A stretch of DNA of 63,232 nt, counting the filler, from Octopus bimaculoides (taxonomy: Eukaryota): NCBI RefSeq assembly GCF_001194135.2. It is 4 parts of 4 records of this genome, joined end to end, with 100 filler letters (N's around TTAATTAATTAA, not from the genome) between each part and the next. Parts side by side here need not be neighbours in the genome. Positions count along the whole stretch, not along the records: positions 1 to 29,375 come from NC_068982.1; 3 more parts are not named here. One strand, given 5' to 3'. This document shows, piece by piece, positions 1 to 13,026 of this stretch. The position numbers were made by a program, and so were the translations under genes. A model generated the notes under the pieces. The model was not told the origin of the DNA. It did no database searches and saw only the letters and a program-made list of their open reading frames with translations. The stretch's first letter is position 1, and each line of letters begins with the position of its first letter.

Positions 1-290
1 GAGGTAACTCGAATGTGGAATCTAAAAACAGAAACAATTCCTATCATAGTAGGTGCCTTAGGTATAATAAAAAAAATATTCAGACAAATACATAACAAAA
101 ACACCAGGACTTACAAATATATATAACATACAGAAAATTGCACTACTGGGTACTGTACACATTCTACGCAAAACACTTTCAATACAGTAAACATAAGAGC
201 ACCACAGCAAACCACAGCACATACCCAAGGCGCACAGAGCTGCGCTCGGTAGTGAAGTGAAAGCACGTTATAAAAATAAAACTACTGAAC
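1..290 (+). mobile_element. Dong/R4-clade RLE non-LTR retrotransposon, 3' end
   Basis: Translates as EVTRMWNLKTETIPIIVGALG...IQKIALLGTVHILRKTLSIQ* (one frameshift in an A-run, stop at 188-190), a typical R4/Dong C-terminus. A short 3' UTR then runs directly into (AAT)n. Confidence 0.8.
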
Positions 291-349
<59 letters not shown>

Positions 350-360
350 TTATAATAATA
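291..360. repeat. (AAT)n microsatellite abutting the Dong/R4 3' end
   Basis: Near-perfect AAT run read directly from the sequence. Confidence 0.95.
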
Positions 361-1065
361 AGATATAGAAGGAGCACCGCGCTGAATAACAACATGGATG
401 TGCTACACATAGCTCCCCATTCAAAAACAAATCTAATCTAATAACATCGGTGGAATGGGATAAAGGAACCTGTGGAAGACTTGAAGGAAGCGGTCTTTTA
501 ACGAACATAATCATAAAAACGAAATTTTACTGCCATACAAAGCATAGTTTCTCCTATGCACGACGTCTCAGTGAAACGCGCGAAACACACACGCGAAATC
601 CACACCGTAAAGTTTACAAGTTATAAAATATAAATGGAACGAAACAGTAGGTACATACATTGAGTAATTACACATACACTGGAATGTCTACACAATCATA
701 TATACAGTTAAATACCCATGGGGCTACTCATATGTTTAGACAACCACGTGAAATTTACAGGACACACATATGAAAACTGGTGTCACAATCGAAGTAAAAA
801 CAAAAAAAAAAACTATTTTTTTCGAACTAACACAGACAGTGAACAATTCATAAGTATAAAAACACCACAAAAAAAACTATGCTAAAAACTATGATAAATC
901 TATCAACAAAAGAGTACAGACGAATACAGATCTGTTAGCCTTAAGAAACTACGTTACGAGCGATGTTTACATGCAGAGAACACGGAAACGGTGTTGTCTC
1001 AAGAAATTAACCCTAAACAGACAGATCCGTCCCCTAATGCCAACGTGCAAGCTTGTCATTCCTGA

Positions 1066-1800
1066 ATGATAACAAAGCAAAATACAAACCGAATTGGTCG
1101 TCACCCGGATCACCAAGGACCACATACTCGAAGGACGAACCAGATTCGATCCGAAAAATCAGCCACTGGTTCAAATCTTCTGGAAACACAGGAGCTGGAA
1201 GTACCACACAACTGGAATATTACAACAGATGGCCAGCCATGCTCGTCATCAAATAACCAAAAGAAAAAGAATGAAAAATGGTCAAGGGGTGATAATAAAG
1301 AAGTTCTTACGGCCTTCTATCATGCCATATATTTCCCCACAAATAAATCTAATACTGTACAAACCTACTTAGACTGGAGACAGAAACACCTTGAAGTAAG
1401 ATCATACATAGACAGTAACAACAGAATATTATAAAGGAATTAGAACCAGCGGAGAGCTACAAATATCTAGGGTATTTAAAGGGGACGGAATCAAGCATTC
1501 AGTGACGAGGGAAAGGATCAGAAGAGAATGTTATCGCAGGGTAAGGGCAATACTCAAGACAGAGCTGACTGCAAGAAACAGGATCGAAGTGATCAATACT
1601 TTAGCCATATCAGTCGTTACTTACAATTTCAATATCATTAACTGGTCAGTTACTGAAATATGTAATGTTGACAGAAAGATACGAAAATTGTTGACAATGC
1701 ATAGAATGCACCATCCTAAGGCAGATATAGAACGACTTTATTTGCCAAGAAAAGAGGGAGGCCGTGGACTTTTACAACTGGAATTAACAATGAAGATTGC
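1066..1800 (+). mobile_element. Dong/R4-like LINE remnant (N-terminal piece fused to post-RT segment)
   Basis: N-terminal-like KWSRGDNKEVLTAFYH is followed near 1440 by SYKYLG...NRIEVINTLAISVVTYNFNIINWS...HPKADIERLYLPRKEGGRGL, the conserved post-RT motif of R4/Dong elements. Confidence 0.75.
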
Positions 1801-2218
1801 CATAGATTTGCTTATCACTTGTTTGACCTTAAGCAGTAATGCATGTCCCTCATTGGCTAACAATATGTGCGTCTCTGATTATAGGTAGAAGTAGTTGGGG
1901 AGCATCATGGCCATGTGTTGAGAGGAATTCTTTGGGGTTTGAATAATTCACATCTGGAAACATAGATGTTTCGTTCAACATGCTTAAACAACCCTTATTC
2001 AGGGACTTTTTGAGCAGAATGGGCTACTTGACCTGATGAAAATTCAAACTGGGCCCCAACTGCAAGGTCATGAGCTGTTTATCTTGATATAAGATCACTA
2101 TCTCGAGCACATATAGTTGTGCTGCGTGTGACTGGTGTACCCTTATCAGACGGGTATATTGGACTTTGAATATTTGTACCCCAGTATTACTTTGATGGCA
2201 TGTGCTGCTCTTTCATTC

Positions 2219-2268
<50 letters not shown>

Positions 2269-2280
2269 TAATAATAATAA
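2219..2280. repeat. (AAT)n microsatellite
   Basis: Read directly from the sequence. Confidence 0.95.
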
Positions 2281-3490
2281 TTTCTTCTATTTGCCACCAG
2301 AGCGAAGGATGAGGGGGACAATACAAAGACAGACATAAAATGTGGGGGTTTACATATAATGGAATGATAAAATAAAAAGTATACACGGTATACATTAGAA
2401 GAAGGGAAGTATACATAGTATACGACACTAGAAAAAGAGGGAAAAAGTGATAGTGATGGAGTCCCTCTAACACAGGAGAACCTCTAGGGATAATCAAAGA
2501 ACCCCATCATCTAAGATCATCCTGAATCAGGAGTGAACCCAGCAGAAGGGGATTCTGATAACGAATGAAAGCAAAACGGAATGAGATAGGACTTTTCGAA
2601 ACAAGTGAGCAACGGTCAGCCGACCAGGCAGGAGTAATAGGGTGGTTAACAGATATGGAAATAGAAGTGATAAAAAGGAAAGTAGAAGATTGCAATAATA
2701 CTTCACCAACAGATAACGTGCCCAGTAAGAACATAAGAATGAAAGGTGGCAGTGAAGACGTAAAGCAAAGTGTAAATATAAATGCATTCTCAACAAACGA
2801 AGCAGAAGTAATAGGAAGAGTTATATCACAAGAATACGATGATGATCAACAGGACATAGTGAGGAGCTCTGTCAATATATTAGAGAAGACCAAGATCAAG
2901 TAACTCCAACCTGAGATACATTGGACGACGCAAGCTCAAAGTTGAAACCGAAATGATAGATTCGGTCCTTGGGCTATTCCAGACGAGAAATAAACTGAAA
3001 CTAACAAGATTATTTGGGTTGCAGCTATGGTTGCTGCAGATAGAGTCGGATACAAAAGAAAAGAACAAACAGAACATAAAGAACCATACTGGCGTAGAAG
3101 AATTTGTGAGAAACAAAGTTCTATATAGTTGATGTTGCATTCCTCTTTGACCCACGAATAGTCAAGACGGAAGACGAAAAGAAAAATAGATACAACCCTC
3201 TTAAGTATGAAATAGCCCGGTTATGGGAAATGAAGAAGGTGAAGATAGTGCCAATTATTGTTGGGTCCTTGGGAACAATATCAGAAGGCATCAAGAGGAA
3301 TATAAAGGAAATTAGAGTAGAGTGCCCAGTAGAACTGTTACAAAAGGTTTGCCTCCTTGGCCTTGCCAGAATAATCAGGAACGTATTAGATAGCTGAAAA
3401 GAGCGAATAGCATGGTACCGTAGGCTGAAGATAGTAAGCCCGCTACACATGCAAGACTCCAGGAGCTCCAACAAAACCTGTGATAAAGAG
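2281..3490 (+). mobile_element. Internally deleted Dong/R4-like element flanked by (AAT)n on both sides
   Basis: The N-terminal motif GLFETSEQRSADQA...WLTDMEIEVIK and YWRRRI are joined near 3118 to the RLE C-terminus YIVDVAFLFDPRI...KYEIARLWEMKKVKIVPIIVGSLG...LLQKVCLLGLARIIRNVLDS*. No RT is present. Confidence 0.8.
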
Positions 3491-3502
3491 ATAATAATAA
3501 CT

Positions 3503-3558
<56 letters not shown>
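3490..3558. repeat. (AAT)n microsatellite
   Basis: Read directly from the sequence. Confidence 0.95.
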
Positions 3559-3559
<1 letters not shown>

Positions 3560-3596
3560 GTTTCTGTATTGGCCACAAGGACCGAAACATATTCTT

Positions 3597-3800
3597 TTAT
3601 TCTTTTATTTGTTTCAGCCATTCGACTACGCCCATGCTGGAGTACCGCCTTTAGTCGAACAAATCGACACCAGGACTTATTCTTAGTAAGCCTAGTAGAA
3701 TTCTATCGGTCACTTTTGACGAACCGCTATGTTACGGGGACGTAAACACACCACATCGGTTGTTAAGCGATAGTAGGGGGACAAATACAGACACAAACAT

Positions 3801-3847
<47 letters not shown>

Positions 3848-4010
3848 CGACGGACTTCTTTCAGTTTCTGTCTACCAAATCCACTCACAAGGCTTTGGTC
3901 GGCGCGAGGATATAGCAGAAGACACTCGCCCAAGGTGTCACGCAGTGGAACTGAACCCAGAACCGTGTTGTAGGTAATCAAGCTACTTATCACACAGCTA
4001 TTGCTGCGCC
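3597..4010 (-). mobile_element. tRNA-headed SINE, family 1
   Basis: Homologous to the copies at 20492-20905, 45755-46150 and 59262-59668. It has A/B-box-like head motifs on the minus strand, an internal CA/TA microsatellite and a TAAAAGAG-like tail. Confidence 0.8.
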
Positions 4011-5619
4011 AATGTAATAATAATAATAATAATAATAATGAGAAGAAGAAGAAGAAGAAGAAGAAGAAGAAGAAGACTAAATTACACTAAAAAAGATGGC
4101 ATTGTTACCATTATGTCAATTTTGAATACAAATTTGGCGCATCAAAACTGACTTAGTGCTGAACAACAACAGCAGCAACAATAACAACATCAAGCACATA
4201 ACCACCATCATCAGTAACAACAACAACGAGGACGACAACAACAACAGCCAGTATTTTGTCCCAGTGATACATTTCACTATGTCACTTCTCTAATCACGGT
4301 GACAACACGTTAAGCTAGTCACATTTCACTTTTCCCGTCACAGTGAATGCAAAAATAGAAAAGATGTATGAAGGCCAGAGACTTCAGATGACAATACAAT
4401 TGCGTGGCCTTGTACTACTCTAACCAATCAATACCTTCAAGCACGACCATTGGTAACACTGACAAGTTTTATAATTACATCGATAACTGCGTATTTGGTT
4501 GGCAGCAGATAATCTCGTGTAAGGTTCCACACGTGAGAAATCTACGTCGTCATTCAGAGTCACGTTGCTTAATTCAAAAATTCTTTTATATAATATGATG
4601 ATTGATGTTACTCTCATTACAAATTTAATATGTCACTTATTCCATTCTCACTTCTTATTCGAAACAATACTTTTCTCTTTTTTTAACAAGAGATATCAGT
4701 TGTAGAATATTAATGGTAAAATGGATGCAAGCAGGATCGAATGTTCAAGAAGCATGGTTTGGTGGTCATGATTGATTCCAGGTTTGATTCCACTTTATGA
4801 GAGCTTGGACAAGTATTTTTACCTTAGCTTCGGATCGACTTTAGTGAAACTGGTTGGAAAGTGGAAGACATATCTGTAATTCAGACGGCTAACCTTGTAA
4901 CATACCACGACACGATGATTCTGCAAAGGTCAACAATACCCGGTCATTTACATTATGATCCAATGGGTAGGTGTTTCAGTTGGTAGAACAACTGAAATAC
5001 TTACCATAGAAACCAACTGCAGATCTGTTTTCCTTACATTTTTATGGCATATTAAGGTGACTCGTTGGACTATAGTTGTGGTGCGTCTGTTAGTGTGTTG
5101 CTGTCATGATTGTAAGATTGTGGTTTCGATTCCTGGACAGGGCAAAATACTTTATTCAATGTTGCTTCAATCAACTCAGCTAGCAAAACTGAGTAATCTT
5201 GTGACGGACCGGGAATATATATGCATTCATTGGAGAAAAAATATACAACACAGTATTCGGGAAATCGTATTCATGAGCCTACAGCTCGGCAAGCACCTTT
5301 GATCCTATGTGACATATGCATAATCTTTTATTGCAGCCATACTGGTGAACCACCTTGAAGAGTCTTATTCAAACAAATCGTTTATTCAAGTCTGGTAATA
5401 TTCTATCGGTCTTTAAGTGCCGAACTGCTAAATTACGGGAACGCAATGACCGGCTTCTAGACAGTTTCTGTCAATAAGCCATTGGTCAGTGCAGCGCTAT
5501 AGTAGAAGATGCCGCACAGCATGTAATATATATNNNNNNNNNNNNNNNNNNNNNNNNNNNNNNNNNNNNNNNNNNNNNNNNNNNNNNNNNNNNNNNNNNN
5601 NNNNNNNNNNNNNNNNNNN

Positions 5620-5655
<36 letters not shown>

Positions 5656-5774
5656 AAACTCAACTTCATACGTCTCTAACGAGAGACGTATGAAGGTTCG
5701 ACATTTTCTTACCGAACAACCACACAGATAATTTGTTTATAGTGATCAAATGTTTGTGTTGACATAAGCTCACA

Positions 5775-8700
5775 ACTGTTTAACCCCCTAAGCTAACCTG
5801 TCATATCTATCGACTTTTCTTTCTTCCTTATCGCATACCTTGTTGTCAGCAGGGCATGCTATATCTATGATCCAGCATAGTTTGCTTTCTTTCTCAATTT
5901 ACTCTATGTCTGGCTTTCTATTCTCTATCTCATGGTCGCACTGAATCATAAAATTCCACAGGATCTTTGCATTATCATTTTCGATCATGCCTTCGGTTTG
6001 TGGTCGTACCAATTTTTTGCTCTGCCAAGTCCATACTTGTTGCAAAGTGTCCAATAGACAAGCCTGGCAATATTGTCGTAGCGTCCCTTATATTCCTTCT
6101 GGGCTAGTGGCGTATATTGGCTGGTAATATGCCATACGGTTTCACCATTTTGTCCACAAATTCTGCACTTATCCCTTTCTGATGTGTTGTCTATTCTGTA
6201 TTTTAAGTAATTTATTCTTAGTGCTTGCTCTGGGAAGCACAGATTAGAGCCTCGTTTCTGGTTTTAAATCACTTTTTGTTATCCACAGCCATCTTTTTTC
6301 TCTCTCTGTCTTATCTTCAACATCCCTATGAAATTGTCCATGCATTGCTTGTACAGTGCTTTATCTTTGCAATCTTTCATCCTACACAAGCCTAACCTTC
6401 TTACTTCTAATAATAGCGGTTCTCTGGCATTTTTTACATGCCATGCTATGTTGTTTTCTTCTGCTCTAATGGTGTGTTCGCATCCAATAAGTCCTCTTCC
6501 CCCTCTTTTTCTTGATACATACAGTCTGTTTCTGTCACTTTTTGGGTGGAATGTTCCATATCTAGTTAGCAACTTCCTTGTCTTTATGTCTAAGCTGTTT
6601 AGTTCGTCTACTGTCCATGCGATTACCCTTGCTCCATATCTAAGGAGAGAAACCGCCCAGGTGTTGATAGCTTCGATCTTATTCCATCTGTTTAATTTCG
6701 ACTTACGGATCAGTCTCAGTCTGAGCAAGTACTCCACCTAAAATGTTTCTGTCATTTCTTTCTCCATCAGTTTATCCATTTCCAAAATCCCCAAGTATTT
6801 ATAGCCCGTCTCTCCTATCTGCTTCATAACCTCCCCAATGTTATCGTTAGCCCGTCCATACATTTGATTTTGCTTCTCTCTTCAAGACTAACACACCACA
6901 CATTCTCAGTTCAAACTCCATTCTGATATCAGCACTGAAAGTATACCCCGTATCAACTAGGGAACTGACTTGGGATTAATCTTTACCATAAAGTTTGAGG
7001 TCATCCATGAATAACAAATGGTTGACTTTTTGTTGGCGGCTTTTGAATACATACACGGCCTTTGCTTTCCTCAGAATCAGTGTTAGTGGTATCATGCACA
7101 GCACAAAGATGAGTGGGGACAGGCAGTCCCCGTGGAAGATGCTCTCCTGATTTATATTGTCCCTAAACTTCTTCCGTATGCTGTCAGGTCCGTCCCCATA
7201 CTTTTTCCAAGCAATCCCTCAGCATTCGATCCAATACCAAATATGTTGATACATTCTATAATCCAAGAATGTAGGGTCATATCGTACGCCTTACGATAGT
7301 CGATCTATGACATGGCTAAGTCACTTTTCCTCCTCTTGCAGTCCCCAAATACAGTTTTGTATATCAGGAGTTGATCCTCGGTACCTCTGCACTTACGCTT
7401 GCAACCTTTCTGCTCATGTGGAAGGACTCCATTTTTGTTCCAAATGTTCGTACATTGACTCTGCGAATATTCCAGTCAATAATTTCCATATAAGTGGAAA
7501 ACAGGATATCGGCCTGTAATTGTCTACCGTATTGCCTTTTTCGATGTTTTTCAAGCACAGCACTGTCCTATCCAATGTCAACCATTCTGATGTTACTTGG
7601 TCGGCATTTAACAAGGTATTCAGTTGCGCAGCTATTCGTGCATGACATTCACGAAATCTTTTGATCCAGTAGCCTTGAACTCCATCTGGTCTTGAGGCCT
7701 TCCAGTTGCTCTTTTTTTTTTTTTTTTTGCTGATTTCCTTCACTTCCCTAACTGAAGTGACTAGTTCTGCCTGTTTCGGACAGACTACTGTTTGTTTCAG
7801 TTCTTGCAACCATTCAGCATCCTTCTTGTGCTCCTTGTCTTTGCTCCAGATGTCATTCCCAAACCTTTGACCTTCATTGTTATCTGGTATCAACTTTTCA
7901 TCTGTACACGTTCCATTTATTTCTTTATAGAATCTCTTCTGATCTACTCTGAATAACATATTCTTCTGCTAACACAGAATCTTACCATCGTATCTTACCA
8001 TCTTTGCTTTCTTTGCAACGAGGCGCTGTTTCAGTTCTTCCATTACTACTTTCAGGCCCTTTCTTTCAATATTATACTTCCTTTTCAACGCCCTGTATTT
8101 TTGTTCGCTTTTAACCTCCCTTTTGTCTTTTCGGTCTAACACAGAAATGTCCTTCGAGAGCATACCTAAGCTTGCCTGTATTCTTCTTTTCCACCATGGA
8201 TCTTTTCTTTTGTCACCCCTATTATATTTCTTTCTCTTGACATCAACACCTACGTTTTCTGCTACAACAATACTTGCTGCCTTGATCAAATTATTTGTTT
8301 CTGTGATGTTGTTTGTTCTGATGTATTTCAGAATTCCATTGACATTTTTCGTTTCTTGGCTCAATTTCCACCGATCAACATTTTAAAGGTTGCAAATAAT
8401 GTCGCTATCGTTCCCCTGCAGCCTTGCCTTTATTCTGTCGTAGATTGCCTTTTGTTCATCTGTCATGTCGCCATTAGTTTGTCTTCTTTCAGATCATCTA
8501 TATGTTTCTCATCAAGTAAACTACCACTGCTCCTTTCCTGTGCTATGAGATTACTTTTATTAGTAAGAACTGTATTTTCATCGTTATCTCTGCTGCTATT
8601 TTCCAATACCCATCTTTTGATAGCTTCGAGTTCTACTTCTGTGAATCAGCGATTTTTTTTTATTGCCCCAGCTTGATCACATAGTCTCTGTTCTGTGAGT

Positions 8701-8948
8701 TGAAACAATCCCTTTTCTCTCTAATGATCATACATACGTTGTCGGTAACCCCTAATTTCAGCACCATTTTCATCTACAGAGTTGCTCAGGTAGTAATACT
8801 CCATGACCACAGCATTAATTTGCTTGCTCCATCTACGCCGTGTGTGGTGGTCCCTTTCTGGATATCGACAGGCTGGAGCAGGCCCAGAATCCCTGAGCCT
8901 GCCGGGTGCGACACTGTCATCATCAATGACTTCAATTTCATTAACACC

Positions 8949-8949
<1 letters not shown>
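5775..8949 (-). mobile_element. Largely complete but decayed Dong/R4-clade LINE (N-term, RT, CCHC-like finger, RLE)
   Basis: Minus-strand pieces: RWSKQINAVVMEYY...GLFQLTEQRLCDQA (N-term); RPDGVQGYW, NYRPISC, HGDCLSPLIFVL, HLLFMDDLKL (RT); RLYVSRKRGGRGL; CRICGQNGETVWHI (finger); RKPDI...IIDIACPAD (RLE). Many stops and frameshifts. The 5' end abuts (TTA)n. Confidence 0.9.

Positions 8950-9022
<73 letters not shown>
8950..9022. repeat. (TTA)n microsatellite
   Basis: Read directly from the sequence. Confidence 0.95.
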
Positions 9023-9023
<1 letters not shown>

Positions 9024-9212
9024 TAAATCGGTGAGCTGGCAGAATCGTTAGCACACCGGGCGAAATGCTTAGTGGTCCTGGTAGTGGTGGTGGTTGTGGT
9101 GATGATGGTGTTGATGATGATGATGGAGGTGATGATGATGACGACAATGGTACTGTTACTGTTATTTGTAGTGTAGTGACAATAACGTCACTGTAGAAAA
9201 GGCAAACTTTAC

Positions 9213-9335
9213 CTGGTGAGTGCGAATCGCCGGAAGTTGTTACGATTGGAAATATGGAAGCTGCTAGCAAACAGGATGTGGAATCACTTGTTGCTGAATG
9301 AACGAACTGACCATTAGTTCTTGCAGGAGTAACCC
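9213..9335 (-). CDS. Internal coding exon (123 nt, phase 1-1) of an unidentified minus-strand gene
   Basis: Acceptor gtttgtctatcttttcag, donor CAG|gtaaag. Open frame GVTPARTNGQFVHSATSDSTSCLLAASIFPIVTTSGDSHSP, in phase with the 11188-10637 exon. Confidence 0.7.
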
Positions 9336-10114
9336 CTGAAAAGATAGACAAACATATTTGGTATCGACTTTTTATGGATGTACAAAATCTCTTTAAAAAA
9401 ATAATAGTATGTTGAGCCATGATATACATTTAAAATATTGATAAACCATTGTAATCTCTATGGAAATTAATTAATTTCAACAGATCGAGCGACAGTAAAG
9501 AGACCTCTCTGTTGGATCATGATGATGATACTAGTGGTAGAGTATAAATTATTGATGATGTTGATGGTAGATGAGTTAATGATTGCGGTGATAGAGTTTG
9601 GTTGGTGATGATGGAAATAGTGATTGAGTTAGTGATGTTGGTTGATGGCGTGATGGCAGTGATAGGGGATTAGTAATGGTTGTGATGTGGCCATGGAGAT
9701 GCCTGAAAATGACTGTGACAACAGTGATGAAGGGGCTGATGTTTCGGATTGTTATGGTGATGATGCTGATGATGGTGTGGTAGCGATGCTGGTAATGGTG
9801 GTGGTGATGATGGTATGTTGGTGATATTGGTACTGGTGGTGATGGTGATGGTGATGGTGACGGTTACTGATGGTTTGGATAGTGATGGTTGGGATGATGA
9901 TAGTATTATATAATCGAGATTGTAGTGGTAGTCATAATAGTGTGTTATGTTATAGATAATTGTATCGTGGCAATGAAAGTAATAACGTCAACGGGGGTCA
10001 ACGGGGTGATGGCAGTCGTGGTACTTGGGGGCAATTGTGGGAGATGTCGTTAGTGGTTAGTTGTCATGGTTAGTTGTAGTTTGTGGCTAGGTAATGAAGG
10101 TAGTGACAGATAAT

Positions 10115-10437
10115 GGCATTCCATCGGTTACAACGATGGAATGCCAGTTTATTCGATCAACAGAACAGCCTGCTTGTGAAATTAGCGTACAAGTAACTGA
10201 ACACTCTGCAGATATGCGTATCCTTAACGTAACTCTCAGGAGATTCAGCGTGACACAGGATGTGGCAAGGCTGGTCCTTTGAAATGCAGGTACTACTCAT
10301 TTTGTCAGCTGAGTCGACTGGAACAACTTGAAATAAAAAAAGTGTCTTGCTCAAGGACACAACTCGTCTCTGTGAACTGTAATCACAATCTAGCGATCAC
10401 GAACCAAATACACCAGCCACTAAGCCACGTGCCTTCA
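10115..10437 (-). mobile_element. tRNA-headed SINE, family 2
   Basis: Shares GATCAACAGAACAGCCTGCT(C/T)GTGAAATT...CAAGGCTGG with 23215-23597, 33875-34020 and 54485-54783. Confidence 0.75.
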
Positions 10438-10636
10438 AGGTAGTGATAGTGAAAATAATAAAGGGAGTAGTGTCGATGGTCGTAATAGAACTAGGGACGA
10501 GGTGTTTGTTGCGACTGTACAGGCGGTATTGGTGCTTGTAGTAATGGTAATGTTGGTGGTGATGGATGGTTGTAAAATGGTGTTGATTTTGTTCGTAGAA
10601 GCAAAAATATTTGAAGGAAAGTCAATCTTGACTTAC

Positions 10637-11188
10637 CACGTTTGAATCTATTTCTTGACGACTTCTGTTGATCGTTGGTGTGTGAGAGACTGGCATGGAA
10701 ATTACTATTCGGCTTATAATGTTCCAGGAAGCTTTGGTGCATGTCGTCTTGAGCATCCAGGGATTTCTGCAGTTTTCGAATGGAAGTTTCATTCAGTCTG
10801 ACTTGGTTGTACTGGTCCCAGCGTGTCTGTCTCGAAGGTGGAAAACTGTGGACATCTGTAATCAATGAGTTGTTAACCAACTCAATATTGTTGAATTCAC
10901 GATGTTGAGCTTCTTTTTTTCTATTGACAGCATCTTCCCTGTGCATTTTCTCACTTCTCTTGCCACTTTTCGATGAGGTCAGAGAAGATGATCTCAAATT
11001 CACATTATCTATTCCCATCTCAGTAAGTTGTGCTTTGTCTTTGGTCCAAAGTTCAGATGCAGATTTGCAGTCTGGACCAGAATGATTATTTTCAAGCTGA
11101 GATTTTCCTCCAGGAATATTCTGCATTTCTTTCGATTCTGCACTTAAATGCCGGTTGTTAGTCTGTGGAAACACGCAATCTTTGACTT
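10637..11188 (-). CDS. Internal coding exon (552 nt, phase 1-1) of an unidentified minus-strand gene; low-complexity S/N/K-rich product
   Basis: Strong acceptor tctatttcttttctcctcttttctatttccag and consensus donor G|gtaagt. Uninterrupted 184-codon frame VKDCVFPQTNNRHLSAESKEMQ...KSSRNRFKR. Confidence 0.78.
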
Positions 11189-11264
11189 CTGGAAATAGAA
11201 AAGAGGAGAAAAGAAATAGATTAAAACTATTTTCAAAGTAAAATAGATGTCATCATTGAGCAAA

Positions 11265-12572
11265 AACAACAGTTAAAATCATCGTACGAAAGCATGTACG
11301 ATAACTCATCGATATCAGCATACATTGTAGGTCTGTCAATGAATCTTCGTTTCATTTCGTCAAAAGATATACTTGATACATGGCTGCTGCCTATTCTTGA
11401 AAATCATTCATTCCCTTTTCGAATGAAGCAATAATTTCTTTAGCAGTATGTCAGTCAATGTATGAGTTAAGATGTCAGTCAGATTATGTGTGAGCCAATG
11501 TATCAGTTAGTCTGTATAACGAAATGTGTTCTGAATAATAAATTATTTGAACTGATATACATAGACTTTGCTTGTCTGCAATATCAGTTTGTTCCGGAGT
11601 GGGAAGTTGTGTCTACAACCTTCACAATCCTATTGGGACCTCAAGGTAGAAAAGAGCTGGGAAGAGGTTTTCGGGCAGAGGAGCCAGTTTCACTGAGAAA
11701 TGGGTTAAGAAGTTATCCTGGAAAGACCAAGAGGAAGTGGACAGTGCCAACATCTTCTTATTGGTGTATTACATCTGACTAGATGGATTGTATATTTTGC
11801 TTTTTACGGAATAATCAGGTTCTGCTGATTAGAAAATCCATCTACTGCCTGCACTCACTCCGTGCTGGTTTTTGAATGCCGTCACTGCTGAAGTGCAGGC
11901 ACGCGCTATATTTTGGAAATGACGATAACGACGAAAATGTAGGTGAACTGGTGTGGGTGCCGTTCGTGTGATATCATTCTGTGGCTTGTCACTTTGACCG
12001 AATTGCAATCATGTGTCCAGATAGACTGGGATTTAGCATCTACAATGTTCCCAGACTCTCACAGTATTTTAGAAGCTGGATAATGCTTTAGATGGAAAAC
12101 AACACACGAATTCTACAGCAGGCCATTGACAAATATTACTGGTAATGGTCTGGGAGCGACTCCAGTCGATGACGTGAATATTTTGAGTTGATTGCTCTGA
12201 AGAACTTTCAGACCGAATCGACAACTTCCAAAAACTTTTGGCATCGCAGTTCTACGGATGATGGCGGGGTATTTCCTGTTCAAGACAAGCTTTACGAACA
12301 TAGGACTGCAAACAGCTGAAAGTATTCGAAAATGAAACCTGTAGACTGTAGTTGAGTGTTCATGCATTAGGGACTTGTAGCCTTGTGTCGAATAGATGCT
12401 GTCTCATGTGCAATGAATTTGGCAATCATCCAAATCTGAAGCGAAAAGTGGTGCACCATCTTCCTTTGGCAGAAATGGTTTGCTAGTCTTCTTCTGCCTG
12501 GTTTAGGTCAAAAGAAATTGTGTGATAGAATCGTCTGAAAGATTTCATCTGTAGCGAAGCTCTCATCAACTT
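11265..12572 (-). pseudogene. Decayed coding-like block (possible pseudo-exon)
   Basis: Repeat-free, higher-GC stretch starting at a phase-1 acceptor (ctattttattcatatttgaag|AA GTT GAT GAG). Protein-like pieces are broken by stops and frameshifts in all frames. Confidence 0.35.
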
Positions 12573-12981
12573 CTTCAAATATGAATAAAATAGAGAAAGA
12601 AGAAGGTAGATGGGGAAGTGCTGCTTCCAGTATGTTTAACAAAAAGCCGGAGAGTGCGACAAGACTGGGGAGTGCGACAAGATTGGATGGGTCTACCCTG
12701 AGTATGATTTTCTAAGCGGGTGGAGAAAAAACTTGTAGAGGCACTTGTGATGCTTTTGATGTGTCAGAACAGTTCAGGCTTTGCCCAAGGGTTTCCTCTG
12801 AATTACTTTGGTTGCCTTCATCTCACTGTTAGGAAACTTTCCTTATTGAAATCTTTTCTTATTATATCTTTTATTTTGATTAAAACATTTGTATTCGATG
12901 GAAACACCACTTTTGTGTATTCCATCCTTGTATTATCTTCAGTAACTTAAGCTTTTGTGGTGAATAAAAGAGATCAACACT

Positions 12982-13026
<45 letters not shown>

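Noticed and set aside
4435-4582. Minus-strand ORF with Cys cluster (CNYKTCQCYQWSC) and donor AAG|gtattg as next exon of the host gene
   Set aside because: There is no convincing polypyrimidine acceptor, and the available AGs give phase 2 or an immediate stop rather than the required phase 1.
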